From Hypanus sabinus (taxonomy: Eukaryota): a DNA stretch of 64,000 nt. A program made the translations under genes and the position numbers. This document shows positions 49,012 through 61,801 of the stretch, one piece after another; the stretch's first letter is position 1; each line of letters starts with the position of its first letter. The stretch covers positions 117,180,001 through 117,244,000 of the forward strand of contig NC_082708.1 in the NCBI RefSeq assembly GCF_030144855.1, given 5' to 3'. The notes beneath the pieces are model-generated. The model saw only the letters and a list, made by a program, of their open reading frames with translations, did no database searches and was not told where the DNA came from.

Positions 49012-51525
49012 CCATAAGACATAGGAGTAGAACTTGGCCATTCAGCCCATCGAATCTTTATTGCCATTCCAGCACAGCTGATTTATTATCCCTGTCAACA
49101 TTCTCCCCTGTAACCTTTGAAGTTCTCACTGGTTCCCCCTCTGTCATCTGATTCCTAAATGGACATTGAACCTTTGAACACTTTCTAAAATATATATTGC
49201 TTCTGTTTTTTGCAAGATTTTTAATCTATTCAATATATGTACACTGTAACTGATTTATTTATTATTTTTTTCTTCTATATTATGCATTGCATTGAACTGC
49301 TGCTGCTAAGTTAATAAATTTTATGACACATCAGATAATAAATCTGATTCTGATAATCAAGAACCCAACAACCTCTACTTTAAATATACCCAATGACTCG
49401 GCTTCTACAGCTATCTCTGGCAATGAATTCCACTGATCCACCACCCTGTGGCTAACAAAATTCCTCATCTACGCTCTAAAGAAACATAATTATATTCTGA
49501 GGCTGCACCCTCTTGTCCTAGACTCCTCCACTATAGGCAACATCTTTTCCACATCCATTCTCCCTAGGTTTCTCGATGCGATACCCCCTCATTTTTCAAA
49601 TTTCCAGTGAGTATGAGCCCAGAGCCATCAAATACTCCTCACACTTTCATTCCTGGGATCATTCTCATGACCCTCTCAATGCCAGCACATCTTTTCTTAG
49701 ATAAGGGGCCCAAAACTGCACACAATACTCCAAAGCCTCAGCATTACATCATATAACCATACAACAATTACAGCATGGAAACAGGCCATCTCGGCCCTTC
49801 TAGTCCGTGCCGAACGCTTACTCTCACCTAGTCCCACCGACCTGCACTGTCCATAACCCTCCATTCTTTTCCTGTCCATATACCTATCCAATTTTACTTT
49901 AAATGACAATATCGAACCTGCCTCTACCACTTCTACTGGAAGCTTGTTCCACACAGCTACCACTCTCTGAGTAAAGAAATTCCCCCTCGTATTACCCCTA
50001 AACTTTTGCCCCCCAACTCTCAATGGGAAAACTCTATCTATCCCCCTCATAATTTTAAATACCTCTATCAAGTCCCCTCTCAACCTTCTACGCTCCAAAG
50101 AATAAAGACCTAACTTGTTCAACCTTTCTCTGTAACTTAGGTGCTGAAACCCATGTAACATTCTAGTAAATCTTCTTTGTACTCTCTCTATTTTGTTGAC
50201 ATCTTTCCTATAATTCGGTGAGCAGAACTGTACACAATACTCCAAATTTGGCCTTACCAATGCCTTGTACAATTTTAACATTACATCCCAACTCCTATAC
50301 TTAATGCTCTGATTTAGAAAGGCCAGCATACCAAAAGCTTTCTTCACCACCCTATCCACATGAGATTCCACCTTCAGGGAACTATGCACCATTATTCCTA
50401 GATCACTCTGTTCTACTGCATTCCTCAATGCCCTACCATTTACCATGTATGTCCTATTTTGATTATTCCTACCAAAATGTAGCACCTCACACTTATCAGC
50501 ATTAAACTCCATCTGCCATCGTTCAGCCCACTCTTCTAACTGGCCTAAATCTCTCTGCAAGCTTTGAAAATCTACTTCATTATCCACAACGCCACCTATC
50601 TTAGTATCATCTGCAAATTTACTAATCCAATTTACCACCCCATCATCCAGATCGTATATGTATATGACAAACAACATTGGACCCAGTACAGATCCCTGAG
50701 GCACACCACTAGTCCACCGGCCTCCAACCTGACAAACAGTTATCCACCACCACTCTCTGGCATCTCCCATCCAGTCACTGTTGAATCCATTTTACTACTT
50801 CAATATTAACACCTAAAGATTGAACCTTCCTAACTAACCTTCTGTGCGGAACCTTGTCAAAGGCCTTACTGAAGTCCATATAGACAACATCCACTGCTTT
50901 ACCCTCATCAACTTTCCTAGTAACCTCTTCAAAAAATTCAATAAGATTTGTCAAACATGATCTTCCACATACATACTTGCTTTTATATTCTAGTTCTTTT
51001 GAAATGAATGCCAAAATTGCATTTGCCTTCGTTACCAATGACTAAACAGGCAAGCTAATCTTTAGAGAATCCTGCATGAGGACTCCCAAGTCCTGTTGCA
51101 CTTTTGATTTCTGATTTTGCTCCCTGTTTAGAAATAGTCTACACCTTTATTTCTTCTAGCAAAGTGCATGACCATACATTTCCCTACAGTATACTCCATC
51201 TGCCACTTCTTTTTTCATTTTCCTAATCTTTCCAAGTCCTGCTGCAGACTCCCTGCTTCCTCAACACTACCTGTCTCTCTGTCTACCTTTCATTGTCCAC
51301 AAACCTGGCCACAAAGCCATCAGTTCATTCATCCACAACACTGATATATAATGAAAAGTCATGGTCCCAATACCGGCCCCTGCAGAACATCACTAGTCAT
51401 TTGTAGCCAACCAGAATAGGCCCCCTTTATTTCTACTCTTTGCTCTCTGCCAGTCAGGCAATCTCCTATCCGTGCTAGTATCTTCCTTGCAATACCATGG
51501 GCTGTTTAGCAGCCTCATGTGCTGC
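49012..51525 (-). mobile_element. CR1 LINE interrupted by a younger CR1 and a small tail insert
   Basis: Host segments 49012-49749 and ~50973-51525 join (KANAILAFISKELEYKSK | YDVMLRLW). Confidence 0.8.
49750..50972 (-). mobile_element. Young 5'-truncated CR1 nested in CR1
   Basis: Long open RT frame (ORF 49697-50770: SGVPQGSVLGP, KFADDTK, RPNLEYCVQF), preceded by a frameshifted GRSCLTNLIEFFEEV...DFSKAFDKVPH. Confidence 0.92.
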
Positions 51526-52234
51526 CAATGTTAAGTTTGCATTCAACCAAGGTATGAAATAAAAACTCTGAGCAACTGGAAATCTATTAAGCAGCTACAG
51601 TCAATCTGACATACAAGAGGATGGATATGGGTGTTGGAATCTCAGAATAACACTTCAATGACATTGTTACTGGAGTTCTTTATTTTTCACATTTATTTGT
51701 GGGCTTATGACTGTTGCTAGAAAGCTTTTATTCCCCATCACTATTCTTTCTGGAGAGTCACAATAATCCATGTGGTGAAGGTGCTCACACAGGATCGTAA
51801 TGGAATGGGATTTATGAGACAGGTCTGGTTATTCAGGTGCATTTTGTTGTGGGCAAACCCAATCTTTAACTGGTTCATGTAGGCACAATATTTATGTGGC
51901 TTGTTACTTTGGTTTTGACATGGTTGTTAGGGAGGTATTTGATTATATTAACACTGTTAAGTACCAAAGGGAAGATGGTTAAGCCCTCTTTTATTGGAAT
52001 TACAAATCGTCTTACATTTCTATAATCCATTGTAGCATTTATAAGCCCAAGACTGAAAATCCTGGAAGTTCCACATAACTTGAGTATTGTGCAATCTTCA
52101 GAACATGTTGCTAACTTTTAATCAAGATGCTGAAAGACCAATTATGAAATAGCTAAAGCTGGCTGAGTTGAGGAAACTGATGCAAGGAATTCACTGTAGC
52201 CATCTATTTCAAACTTTATCAATAGTTTGCCTGA

Positions 52235-52922
52235 TGTAAAGTATGGTGGAGGTAGCATCATGCTATCAGGATGCCTTTCAGCAGCAGGGTCTGGAAATCT
52301 GGTCAGGATTGATGAATGACACTAAATACTGAGATTCTGGATAAAAAAGTCCGGCTAGCCAGAAAGCTTAAACTGTGGAGGAAATTTGTCTTTTAGTAGA
52401 ACAATGATCCAAAGTACACTGCCAGAGCAACCACAGAGTGGCTTTAAATGAAGACATTTGGTGTCCTCAAGTGGCCCAGTCAGAGTCCTAATCTTAACCT
52501 GATCAAACAACTCTGGCATATCCTGAAGATTGCTGTCCACCACTGTTCCCCAATTAACCTGGCATAGCTTGAGCAATTTTGCAAGAAGGAATGGGCAAGT
52601 CTTACTCCATCACATTGTGCAAAGCTAACAGAGACTTATCCAAAAAGACTACTATCTGTGTGAGGTGTTTAATTAAGTACTAAGCAAGGGGGATGAAGTC
52701 TTGTGAACTGCTGACATTTCAGATTTTGAATTTTTAGTATTTGTATATTGTAAAGCATTATACATGCTTTACAATTTTCGTTGGGTTTTTGGGCTCTACT
52801 GTGAAAAAAGGAGCATGTAATGCACACATAAAAAATCTTAGTGAAATTGATCAAATTCCTGATTGTAATACTCATATATGTGAACAGAGGGCTGTGAGTT
52901 GAATACTTTTTCCAAGGCACTG
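52235..52922 (+). mobile_element. Tc1 transposon 3' relic
   Basis: VKYGGGSIML, NDPK, WPSQSPNLN. Right end ...atactttttccaaggcactg. Confidence 0.85.
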
Positions 52923-53679
52923 TTTTGAGTTTCAGATTGAGACTTTACCAGCTTAACAATTTATTTTTTAGGTACCTTTGATAAAATAGTCTCAAGTAGG
53001 ACCAAACATACAACTTCAAACTACTCTTCTAGTCACTTCATTGATTCAAAAGTTTGTTCTCCAGCTTGCTGGTTATAGTGCATACAGGGCAGGAGGTTAT
53101 TAATTTATGTAGAATACGGCTCTGCTGATAACGATGCCTATAGTATCTCATGAAAATCCATTTTTAAATATTTGTCCATTCTAAATATATGTCATTTAGC
53201 ATAAGTGGTATACAGCATGACAGAAAGCTCCCTTAGTGTGACCATAATACTTTTGTTTTCACAAAGATAGTTCAGTAATTATTTTTATCAACAATTTCAC
53301 GACAGATATATCAGCAACAGACTGATGTGGATGATGACAAGATTTTTTTCTTATCTTGTCGTTATACTACCATGCTATAGGGATTGTAAGAATCAACAGA
53401 CCATCAGATTTTGACTGACATACTTGATATCTTCCAGGTTTCAGGTAAGACTTACTTTCTTCGGGTTGTGGTTGAGAAGGGGTGGGGCCTTTGCCCCAGG
53501 TGCCCATTTTCCAGTGTTACAATATCATGGGGATGTTTGGAGCCCATTCCCATTACCAACTTTCTAGCTAAAGTGAAAACTGCCTGAAATCTGCTCCACT
53601 ATTTGATATAGCAATTCCTGCTGAAAATTAATGTTTTAACAGTTCTTGCTGTGGTAAGAATTTACACTTCTATGTTTAT

Positions 53680-54730
53680 GCTCACAGAAGACAAGGAGTG
53701 GTTGTAGACGGGTCATATTCTGCATGGAGGCCAGTGACCAGTGTTATGCCTCAGGGATTTGTTCTGGGACCCTACTCTTTGTAATTTTTATGAATGACCT
53801 GGATGAGGAAGTGGAGGCATGGGTTAGTAAATTTGCTAATGGTACAATGGTTGGGGGCGTTGTGGATAGTGTGGAGGGCTGTCAGAGGTTACAGTGGGAC
53901 ATTGATAGGATGCAAAACTGGGCTGAGAAGTGGCAGATGGAGTTCAACCCAGATAAGTGTGAGGTGGTTCATTCTGGTAGGTCAAATAAGATGGCAGAAT
54001 ATAACATTAATGGTAAGACTCTTGGCAGTATGGAGGATCAAAGGGATCTTGAGGTCCGAGTCCACAGGATACTTAAACCTGCTACGCAGATTTACTCTGT
54101 GTATAAGAAGGCATATGATGCATTGGCCTTCATCAATCATGGGATTGAGTTTAAGACCTGAGAGGTAATGTTGCAGCTATATAGGACAATGGTCAGACCC
54201 CACTTGAAGTACTGTGCTCAGTTCTGGTTGCCTCACTACAGGAGGGACATGGAAACCATAGAAAGGGTGCAGAGGAGATTTACAAGGATGTTGCCTGGAT
54301 TGGGGAGCATACCTTATGAGAATAGGTTGAGTGAACTTGGCCTTTTCTTCTTGAAGCGATGGAGGATGAGAGGTGACCTGATAGAGGTGTATAAGATGAT
54401 GAGAGGCATTGATCATGTGGATAGTCGGAGGCTTTCCCTCAGGGCTGAAATGGCTAGCATGAGAGGGCACAGTTTTAAGGTGCAGAGGAGATGTCAGGGG
54501 TGGTTTTTTTTACGCAAAGTGGTGAGTTCGTGGAATGGGCTGCTGTCGGTGACGGTGGAGGCAGAAACAATAGGGTCTTTTAAAGAGACTCCTGGATGGC
54601 TACATGGAGCTTAGTAAAAGAGGGTTATGGGTAAGGCCTAGGTAATTTCTAAGGTAAGGACATGTTTGGCACAGCTTTGTGGGCCGAGGGGCCTGTATTC
54701 TGCTGTATGTTTTCTATGTTTCTATGCTTT
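53680..54730 (+). mobile_element. CR1 LINE 3' part
   Basis: ORFs 53724-54161 and 54168-54614 (WAEKWQMEFNPDKC, VRPHLKYCAQFW). Ends in a (tttctatg)n tail. Confidence 0.92.
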
Positions 54731-55887
54731 GTACTCGACTTTCAAAACAATGTGCAGTTATTAGCTCCAATAAGGCAGGTAATCCACCAGACATGATCAT
54801 GATTAATAACATTATTGTGACATCTGGGCTTTATTTGACAGGCATTGAAAATTTGGAGCAAAACACATACAAAACACTTGAGTAAAAATTAATTAATCAG
54901 AGAGTGTGATCAGAATTTGTTGTCTACAGACGTGGTGCAAGTAGAGCTAACTTAGGGTTTTCAAAAGGGAAATGAATAGGCACAGCAGAAAACTAATTTG
55001 TTGGGCTAAGGGGAAAGAGCAGCAGAGTTGGTCATGTCAGATTGGCCTATAAGGATTGGTAAAGGTGTAATGGGCGGAATGGCTTTCAATTTTGTATTTT
55101 CCACATACAACTTGTCCTGCAGTAATAAGTGCAGAGGTCTCGAATGCTTCTTTGCTGGCATTTTATTGACTTTGGAATAAGTTCGTAAATTGCATTTTAA
55201 CTTATTAATTTTGGATATTAATTCTGGCAAGAAAAAATTAACACATTGATGTACTTTAGGAATTAACATGCTCTGTCAATGTATTTGCCACTCATCTTTA
55301 CTAATTATTGATTCTCCAATATCTTTCCTCATTATTTCCTGCAAGTAGGAGATATTGCAATATAACCTTGATAACAGCAGAACTGCCAAGAAAGCTTGTG
55401 GTCAATGAAATACCTCTGAGCTGTAGCTCAATATAGGAAGTTGTAGCTGTATTTGCTAATGGGATGCTTAGCAAAAGCTGCTAATGATCTGAAAAGTTTC
55501 TGCTAAATTCTATCAAGATTATCACATTCACCTACCCAGATTACATAATTAATGCAACTCTGCAATTTGAGGTAAATTCCAAGTAAAGACTGACTTTCAA
55601 GAGGCCTCCTTAAAAATACTCCAGCTATGTTTGGCAAACAAGCTGTAAGAACTAGAACATTTTGTATTCAATATTTGTGTCTGATATCAATCAACGATTA
55701 TGCACTACAGATAACATTGACAGATCTCAACATTACCAGTGTATTTTGTTAATTCTCTCTTGCTTCATAATAATTGTGCTGATTGAATTGGTTATTATCA
55801 ATAATTTTTGAATTATGGAAACAAAAATAACATTTAAGGACTGATTGTACTGCTGACATTGCCATTTCTAAAATTGGATTTACTTAC

Positions 55888-55961
55888 CAAGAGTCAGTGA
55901 TTTATGTGTGGAACAGAACATAATGGCAACTGTATCTGCAGGTGTAAAACCAGACTTTTTT
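55888..55961 (-). CDS. SLC10A7: SLC10A7 coding exon (74 nt)
   Basis: ttttag|A...G|gtaagt on minus. Encodes (R)[24 protein letters not shown](G). Phase 2 to 1. Confidence 0.97.
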
Positions 55962-56153
55962 CTAAAAGAGAAATAGAATACACATCTACCTTAAAAAAAT
56001 TGTTGCATTGAACTTTTATGGAAATAACAGAAGCATGGGAATATACAAGAAAAAAATTAATCTGACCTATTATACCCATACTAGCCAAAATAAGAGTTGT
56101 CTACCCAAACATTACATTCCTGTTTATGTCTCTTGCCTTATAGTTAATATATA

Positions 56154-56319
56154 NNNNNNNNNNNNNNNNNNNNNNNNNNNNNNNNNNNNNNNNNNNNNNN
56201 NNNNNNNNNNNNNNNNNNNNNNNNNNNNNNNNNNNNNNNNNNNNNNNNNNNNNNNNNNNNNNNNNNNNNNNNNNNNNNNNNNNNNNNNNNNNNNNNNNNN
56301 NNNNNNNNNNNNNNNNNNN
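56154..56319. other. Assembly gap (166 N)
   Basis: Run of N. Confidence 1.
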
Positions 56320-56794
56320 ACTATTCAGTCTTCATTGTTACAGGCAATGAGATCAAGATTGCCATCATCCTCTGGGTAAACACATTTCCTCTCAATTCCA
56401 TTCTAATGTTCCTTACCATATCTATACTTTGTACTCATCTGTCTTTTAAAGGAAATGTCATTTCTATCCATTCTTTCATGGCTTCTCATATTTTGATATA
56501 CTTCCATTAAACCTTCTTCTCTCTTTTACAGAGGATAACTCCTTCTTCTCTGATACTTCCTCCTAGCTCAAATTCCTGGAAAATTTCTTGGAAATCTCTT
56601 CAGTGTGTATTTCAGCATTTTCAAATTCTTCCTATGATGTTGTGACCTGAACCATATGCATATGTTTTATATTGTTCTACCCTAACCTTCCTTATCTTGT
56701 ACACTGAAGGAAATCAACCATCATGTCTTCAGTTCTGTATTCAGTTTCAGAGTAAGAAACTTGGGTCAGAAAAAATAGTGTTTAACTTTAATGA

Positions 56795-57452
56795 AGACAA
56801 GGTTGACAAGGTGGTTAAGAAGGGTTATGGAATGGTTGCTTTTATTAGCCGAGGCATTGAGTTCAAAAGTCAGGAGGTTATGTTGCAATTTTATAAAAAC
56901 CCTGGTCAGGCTATATCTGGAGTATTGTGTACATTTCTGGTCACCCCACTATAGGAAGGATATTGAGGCTTTGGAGAAGGTGCAGAAGAGATTTACCAGG
57001 ATGCTACCTGGTTTGAAGGGCATGTGGTATCATGAGAGGCTGGATAAACTTGGGGTGTTTTCTCTGGAATGGCAGACGATAGAGGTTTAAGATTATGAGG
57101 GGCATAGACAGAGTAGACAGGCAGTATCTGTTTCCCAGGGGTGATATGTCTAATACCCAAGGGTGTGCACTGAAGGTGAGAGGGGGTAGATTCAAGGGTG
57201 TTGTGAGGAGTAAGTATTTCACTCAGATAGTGGTGGATGCCTGGAATGCACTGCCTGGCATGGTAGTAGAGGCAAATACATTAGAGGCTTTTAAGAAACG
57301 TTTGGAGAGGCACATGGATATGAGGAAGATGGAGGGATATGGACATGGTGTAGCTAGGAGGGATTAGTATTTGGGTGTTTTTGATTTGCTTTTCAGCGGG
57401 TTCGGCACAACACTGTGGGCCAAAATGCCTGCCCTTGTTCTGTGTTCTATGT
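56795..57452 (+). mobile_element. CR1 LINE 3' fragment
   Basis: KVVKKGYGMVAFISRGIEFKS, LEYCVHFWSPHYRKD, followed by tail. Confidence 0.9.
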
Positions 57453-58070
57453 AAAAAGTAGACGATTATCAATAACAATTATTGGCAAATGTTAGAATAA
57501 ATTAGCAAGGAATTAATAGCAGCACATTTCAAGCAGAGTCAGGATGGCTCCAGGAAGGAGAGATCACATCTGATAAATTTACTGAAATTTTTCTGAGGAC
57601 GCCTCAATTTGAGCAAATGATGAGTTTAAACACTTTTCATCCAGAAGGAGAGTCTTTGACAAAATAGTAATTATCTTTCCATAGATGCTACTTGACCTGC
57701 TGAGTGTTTCTAGCATTTAGCTGACTTTACACAGATGTTAATAAGTTAAATAAGAGGGTTAAATATTGGGAAAGTGTTTTCTGTGAAAACGTGTTGTTAA
57801 TTTTAGAAGAAAAAAAATAAGGAAATAAAGAGTGTAATATCCATGACTAAAAGCTGTGTCTATGTTTCTATACCTATGTTTCTAAACAGGCCTCAGTATC
57901 CTACTGTTGTTGTGCAATCCAATGTCTAATTTGTTCGCCTGAGAGTATTGTCTAAAATTTCAGACTGAATTTTTTACCCAACAGGACAAGCTGATATTTT
58001 CAAATTATACATTTTATATTAACCATATTCTATCTGCAAATGGAAATGTACTCAAAGAAAAATAACCCAC

Positions 58071-58122
58071 CTTGTAGAGATGAAAAATGTTAAAAACATG
58101 AAACTCAGCTGAAGGGAAAATA
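58071..58122 (-). CDS. SLC10A7: SLC10A7 coding exon (52 nt)
   Basis: ttttag|TA...AG|gtgggt on minus. Encodes (I)FSLQLSFMFLTFFIST(R), versus human IFSIQLSFMLLTFIFSTR. Phase 1 to 2. Confidence 0.95.
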
Positions 58123-59212
58123 CTAAAAGAAAAAATGAAATAATATTTGATATTGCTAAAAACTACAATTATTTTCAATGTGCATGCAATCTGCTATGCA
58201 ATTAGAATGAAAAACCAAACAACTATTAACATAAATTCATATTAAACTTTTCAGCATTTTATCCTTTTTATTGTCAGATTTTTAAATCGTATAAATTTTC
58301 ATGCACAATATTAACAATGAAGTTATCATTATTATTTGCAATTTATTAAAACAACTGCAAGTTCCTTATATGAATACTAGTCAACATGATAATGGCCCAC
58401 TCTACAATTTCAAACATATCTATATGACTTAATAATAAAATTTGTTAAAATAATTAAACTAGTAATATCAAAGAGCTTACATAAAGAAAGCATATCCAGC
58501 AGTTAATTAGAACCACTGCTATACTAAACATCAGTTTCATCTTGCCCTAAACTGTGTAATTTCTAGTATTAAAAGTAATTTATATCAGAATTTGAAATCC
58601 TATAACAATTAAGTCCAAAGATTACACTCAATTCAAAAACAAAAACACAATGCTTCTGAATAAAATTTTGTAAAAATTGCTGGAAACATATTTGAATACT
58701 AGTGTTTTTGACATAGGCTACTGTAATCTTCAAACACAAATGACCTTCAAAATATTTAGTTCAGATTGAATTCAGAATTACAGTGAACTAATTTCAGGCT
58801 GTTTACAAGGTTATCCTGAATATATAAAACTTGGTAATAGGGGTTATAACTACAAACCCCATTTCCAGAGAAGTTGGGATATTTTCAAAAATGCAATAAA
58901 AACAAAAATCTGTGATATGTTAATTCACGTGAACCTTTATTTAACTGACAAAAGTATAAAGAAAAGATTTTCAATAGTTTTACTGACCAACTTAATTGTA
59001 TTTTGAAAAAAACACAAATTTAGAATTTGATGGCTGCAACACACTCAACAAAAGCTGGGACAGAGTTAAAATAAGATTGAAAAGTGCACAGAATATTCAA
59101 GTAACACTGGTTTGGAAGACTCCACATTAAGCAGGCTAATTGGTAGCAGGTGACGTATCATGACTGGATATAAAAGTAGCGTCCATCAAAGGCTCAGTCT
59201 TTGCAAGCAAGG

Positions 59213-60215
59213 ATGGGTTGTGGCTCACCCCTTTGTGCCAAAATTCATGAGAGAATTGTTAGTCAGTTCAAAAGGAACATTTCTCAATGCAAGATTGCAG
59301 AGAATTTAGGTCTTTCAACATCTACAGTACATAATATTGTGAAAAGATTCAGAGAATTCAGAGACATCTCAGTGCGTAAAGGGCAAGGTTGGAAACCACT
59401 GCTGAATGCGTGTGATCTTCAAGCCCTTAGGCGGCACTGCCTAAGAAACCGTCATGCTACTGTGACAATTATAGCCACCTGGGCCCGGGAGTACTTCGAA
59501 AAACCATTGTCACTTAATACAGCCCGTCGCTGCATCCAGAACCTGAAACTGTATTATGCAAGGAGGAAGCCATACATCAACTCTATGCAGAAACGCCAGC
59601 GAATTCTCTGGGCCCAAGCTCATCTCAGATGGACCGAAAGACTGTGGAACCGTGTGCTGTGGTCAGATGAGTCCACATTTCAGCGAGTTTTCGGAAAAAA
59701 CGGGCGTCGAGTTCTCCGTGCCAAAGATGAAAACGACCATCCTGATTGTTAACAGCGAAAGGTGCAAAAGCCAGCATCTGTGATGGTATGGGGGTGCATC
59801 AGTGCCCGTGGCATGGGTGAGTTGCATGTATGTGAAGGTACCATTGACTCTGAGGCTTATATTAGGATTTTAGAGAGACTTATGTTGCCATCAAGGCAAC
59901 GTCTCTTCCTGGGATGTCCATGCTTATTTCAGCAGGACAATGCCAGACCACATTCTGTAGGGGCTACAACAGTGTGGCTTTGTAGACACAGAGTGCATGT
60001 GCTTGACTGGCCTGCTGCCAGTCGATATCTATCTCCTATTGAAAATGAAGAGAAGAATCAGACAATGGAGACCACGGACCGTTGAGCAGCTGAAGTCTTA
60101 TATCAAGCAAGAATGGGCAAAATTTCCAATCGCAAATCTACTACAATTAGTATTCTCAGTTCCAAAATGATTAAAAAGTGTTATTAAAAGGAAAGGTGAT
60201 GTAACACAATGGTAG
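59213..60215 (+). pseudogene. Tc1 transposase pseudogene
   Basis: HTH (ISQCKIAENLGLSTSTVHNIVKRF), WSDES, FQQDNA, then 34 residues to SPIEN. In-frame TAA at 59750-52, a small deletion/frameshift after SPIEN, and a further stop downstream. Confidence 0.93.
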
Positions 60216-60329
60216 ACATGCCTCTGTCCCAACTTTTGTTGAGTGTGTTGCAGCCATCAAATTCTAAATTTGTGTATATTTACAAAATACAATTAAGTTG
60301 GTCAGTAAAACTATTGAAAATCTTTTCTT

Positions 60330-60473
60330 AGAGCAAACACGAGGAAATCTGCAGATGCTGGAAATTCAAACAACACACAAAATGCACACAAAAGACGAAA
60401 CGTCGACAGCGCTTCTCCCTATAGATGCTGCCTGGCCTGCTGTGTTCCACCAGCATTTTGTGTGTGTTGTTGT
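60330..60473. mobile_element. Inverted PLE-tail mini-insert in Tc1 TIR
   Basis: 16-bp duplication ttgaaaatcttttctt (60314-60329, 60474-60489). The left TIR shows the empty site. Confidence 0.9.
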
Positions 60474-60614
60474 TTGAAAATCTTTTCTTTGTACTTTTGT
60501 CAGTTAAATAAAGGTTCACGTGAATTAACATATCACAGATTTTTGTTTTTATTGCATTTTTGAAAATATCCGAACTTTTATGGAAATGGGGTTTGTAGCT
60601 GTGAATTCCATTCT

Positions 60615-61210
60615 TCCTAGACAGTCTCTTGGGATTGAGGATGACCTTCTTCCTCCCTAGTTCTGTGGGTTCTAAGATGGCTGAGGTGACTAATGTGGTA
60701 TCTCCAGACACTGCCACAGCTGGGACATAAGATGTTTTATGGGATGAGTGGATGGGGTGCTTGGGAGATGATGTGCTCCTCTAAATTTACTCTGGGCTTC
60801 TAAAAGCTCTCTAGGGTTCACAATATCTTCCCTTATTCTCCTTCATTTCGAATGGTTCAGAGATCACGTTTCCATGAGATGGTGGGAATGCTCTTCTTTT
60901 TCAAGGAGGCTTTGAGAACATCTTTAGATCTGTTCCTCTGTCTCTTACAGTGAGCTCAAAATAGAATGTCTATTTCAGGAGTTTAGTATCGGGCATCTGA
61001 ACAAGGTGGTGTGCCATTTACAATTAACATGTATAACAAGTTGATTTGGGAGACGATGATGATAGTTTGCTTTGGAGAATTTTGAATGTACTTCTTCTTT
61101 GATGTACCAGCTGCATATATGTTTCAGAAGCTTACAAGAAATCAAGTTTCACAGCTGCCAGGAGATCTCTGCTGTTTTTAAGGATTTGTCTTAAAACTTT
61201 ATTTTCCTCA
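60615..61210 (-). mobile_element. Old RTE-clade LINE 3' fragment
   Basis: Minus translation GQRNRSKDVLKASL...WK, and RCPILNS.NRHSI-like remnants of RMPD.RLPK. Confidence 0.6.
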
Positions 61211-61635
61211 GAAAGCAATGATGAATTTCATCATCTATGCTGGATACATAACAAGAAAACCTAAAAATATAGTGAAGAAAAATATGTTTCGGTTTCTCTG
61301 TTTATAATGTATATGCCTTTCCAAAGCTGCAATGAGAGTGAGGGACTTTCTGTACATTGGAAAAGGAGTACTAGCACCCACTATATGCTATTTATAAGCA
61401 AAATAAAATTAACCTATCAAAATTACTTCTGATTCTTTTTTAACATCATGGTTCATAGTTGTGCTTTACGAAAGTGACACCAGAATGCTGAAGATATCAC
61501 ATGGACCCACCATATACTTAGGCGATTAGTTTCTTACAACTTACTGTGTGATCTAATCTTGTATAGCTAACAATGATCTACTTGCAATTAAAAATGAACA
61601 TTATGTATTCTTATTGAATATTGCTTGTTACTTAC

Positions 61636-61801
61636 TTATAAAAACAATTAATATAAGGCTAAAGGTATCCAGGTCAATTTTCGGATTGGAGAAAGTATCA
61701 CAAAATGTTGAATATATGATCATAAGGAGCACACAGCTGCTAATAGCACCAAATGGTGGCTTCTTTCTTTCAAGCCAATCCTTGATGTATCGTCGAGCAA
61801 T
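61636..61801 (-). CDS. SLC10A7: Sodium/bile acid cotransporter 7, coding exon (166 nt)
   Basis: cag|ATT...A|gtaagt on minus. Encodes [55 protein letters not shown], near identical to remembered vertebrate SLC10A7. Confidence 0.97.

Larger units (their letters stand above)
58853..60595 (+). mobile_element. Near full-length Tc1 (DD34E) transposon
   Basis: TA TSDs at 58851-52 and 60596-97. ~210-bp TIRs starting caaaccccatttcca. The right TIR carries a 144-bp PLE insert. Confidence 0.95.
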
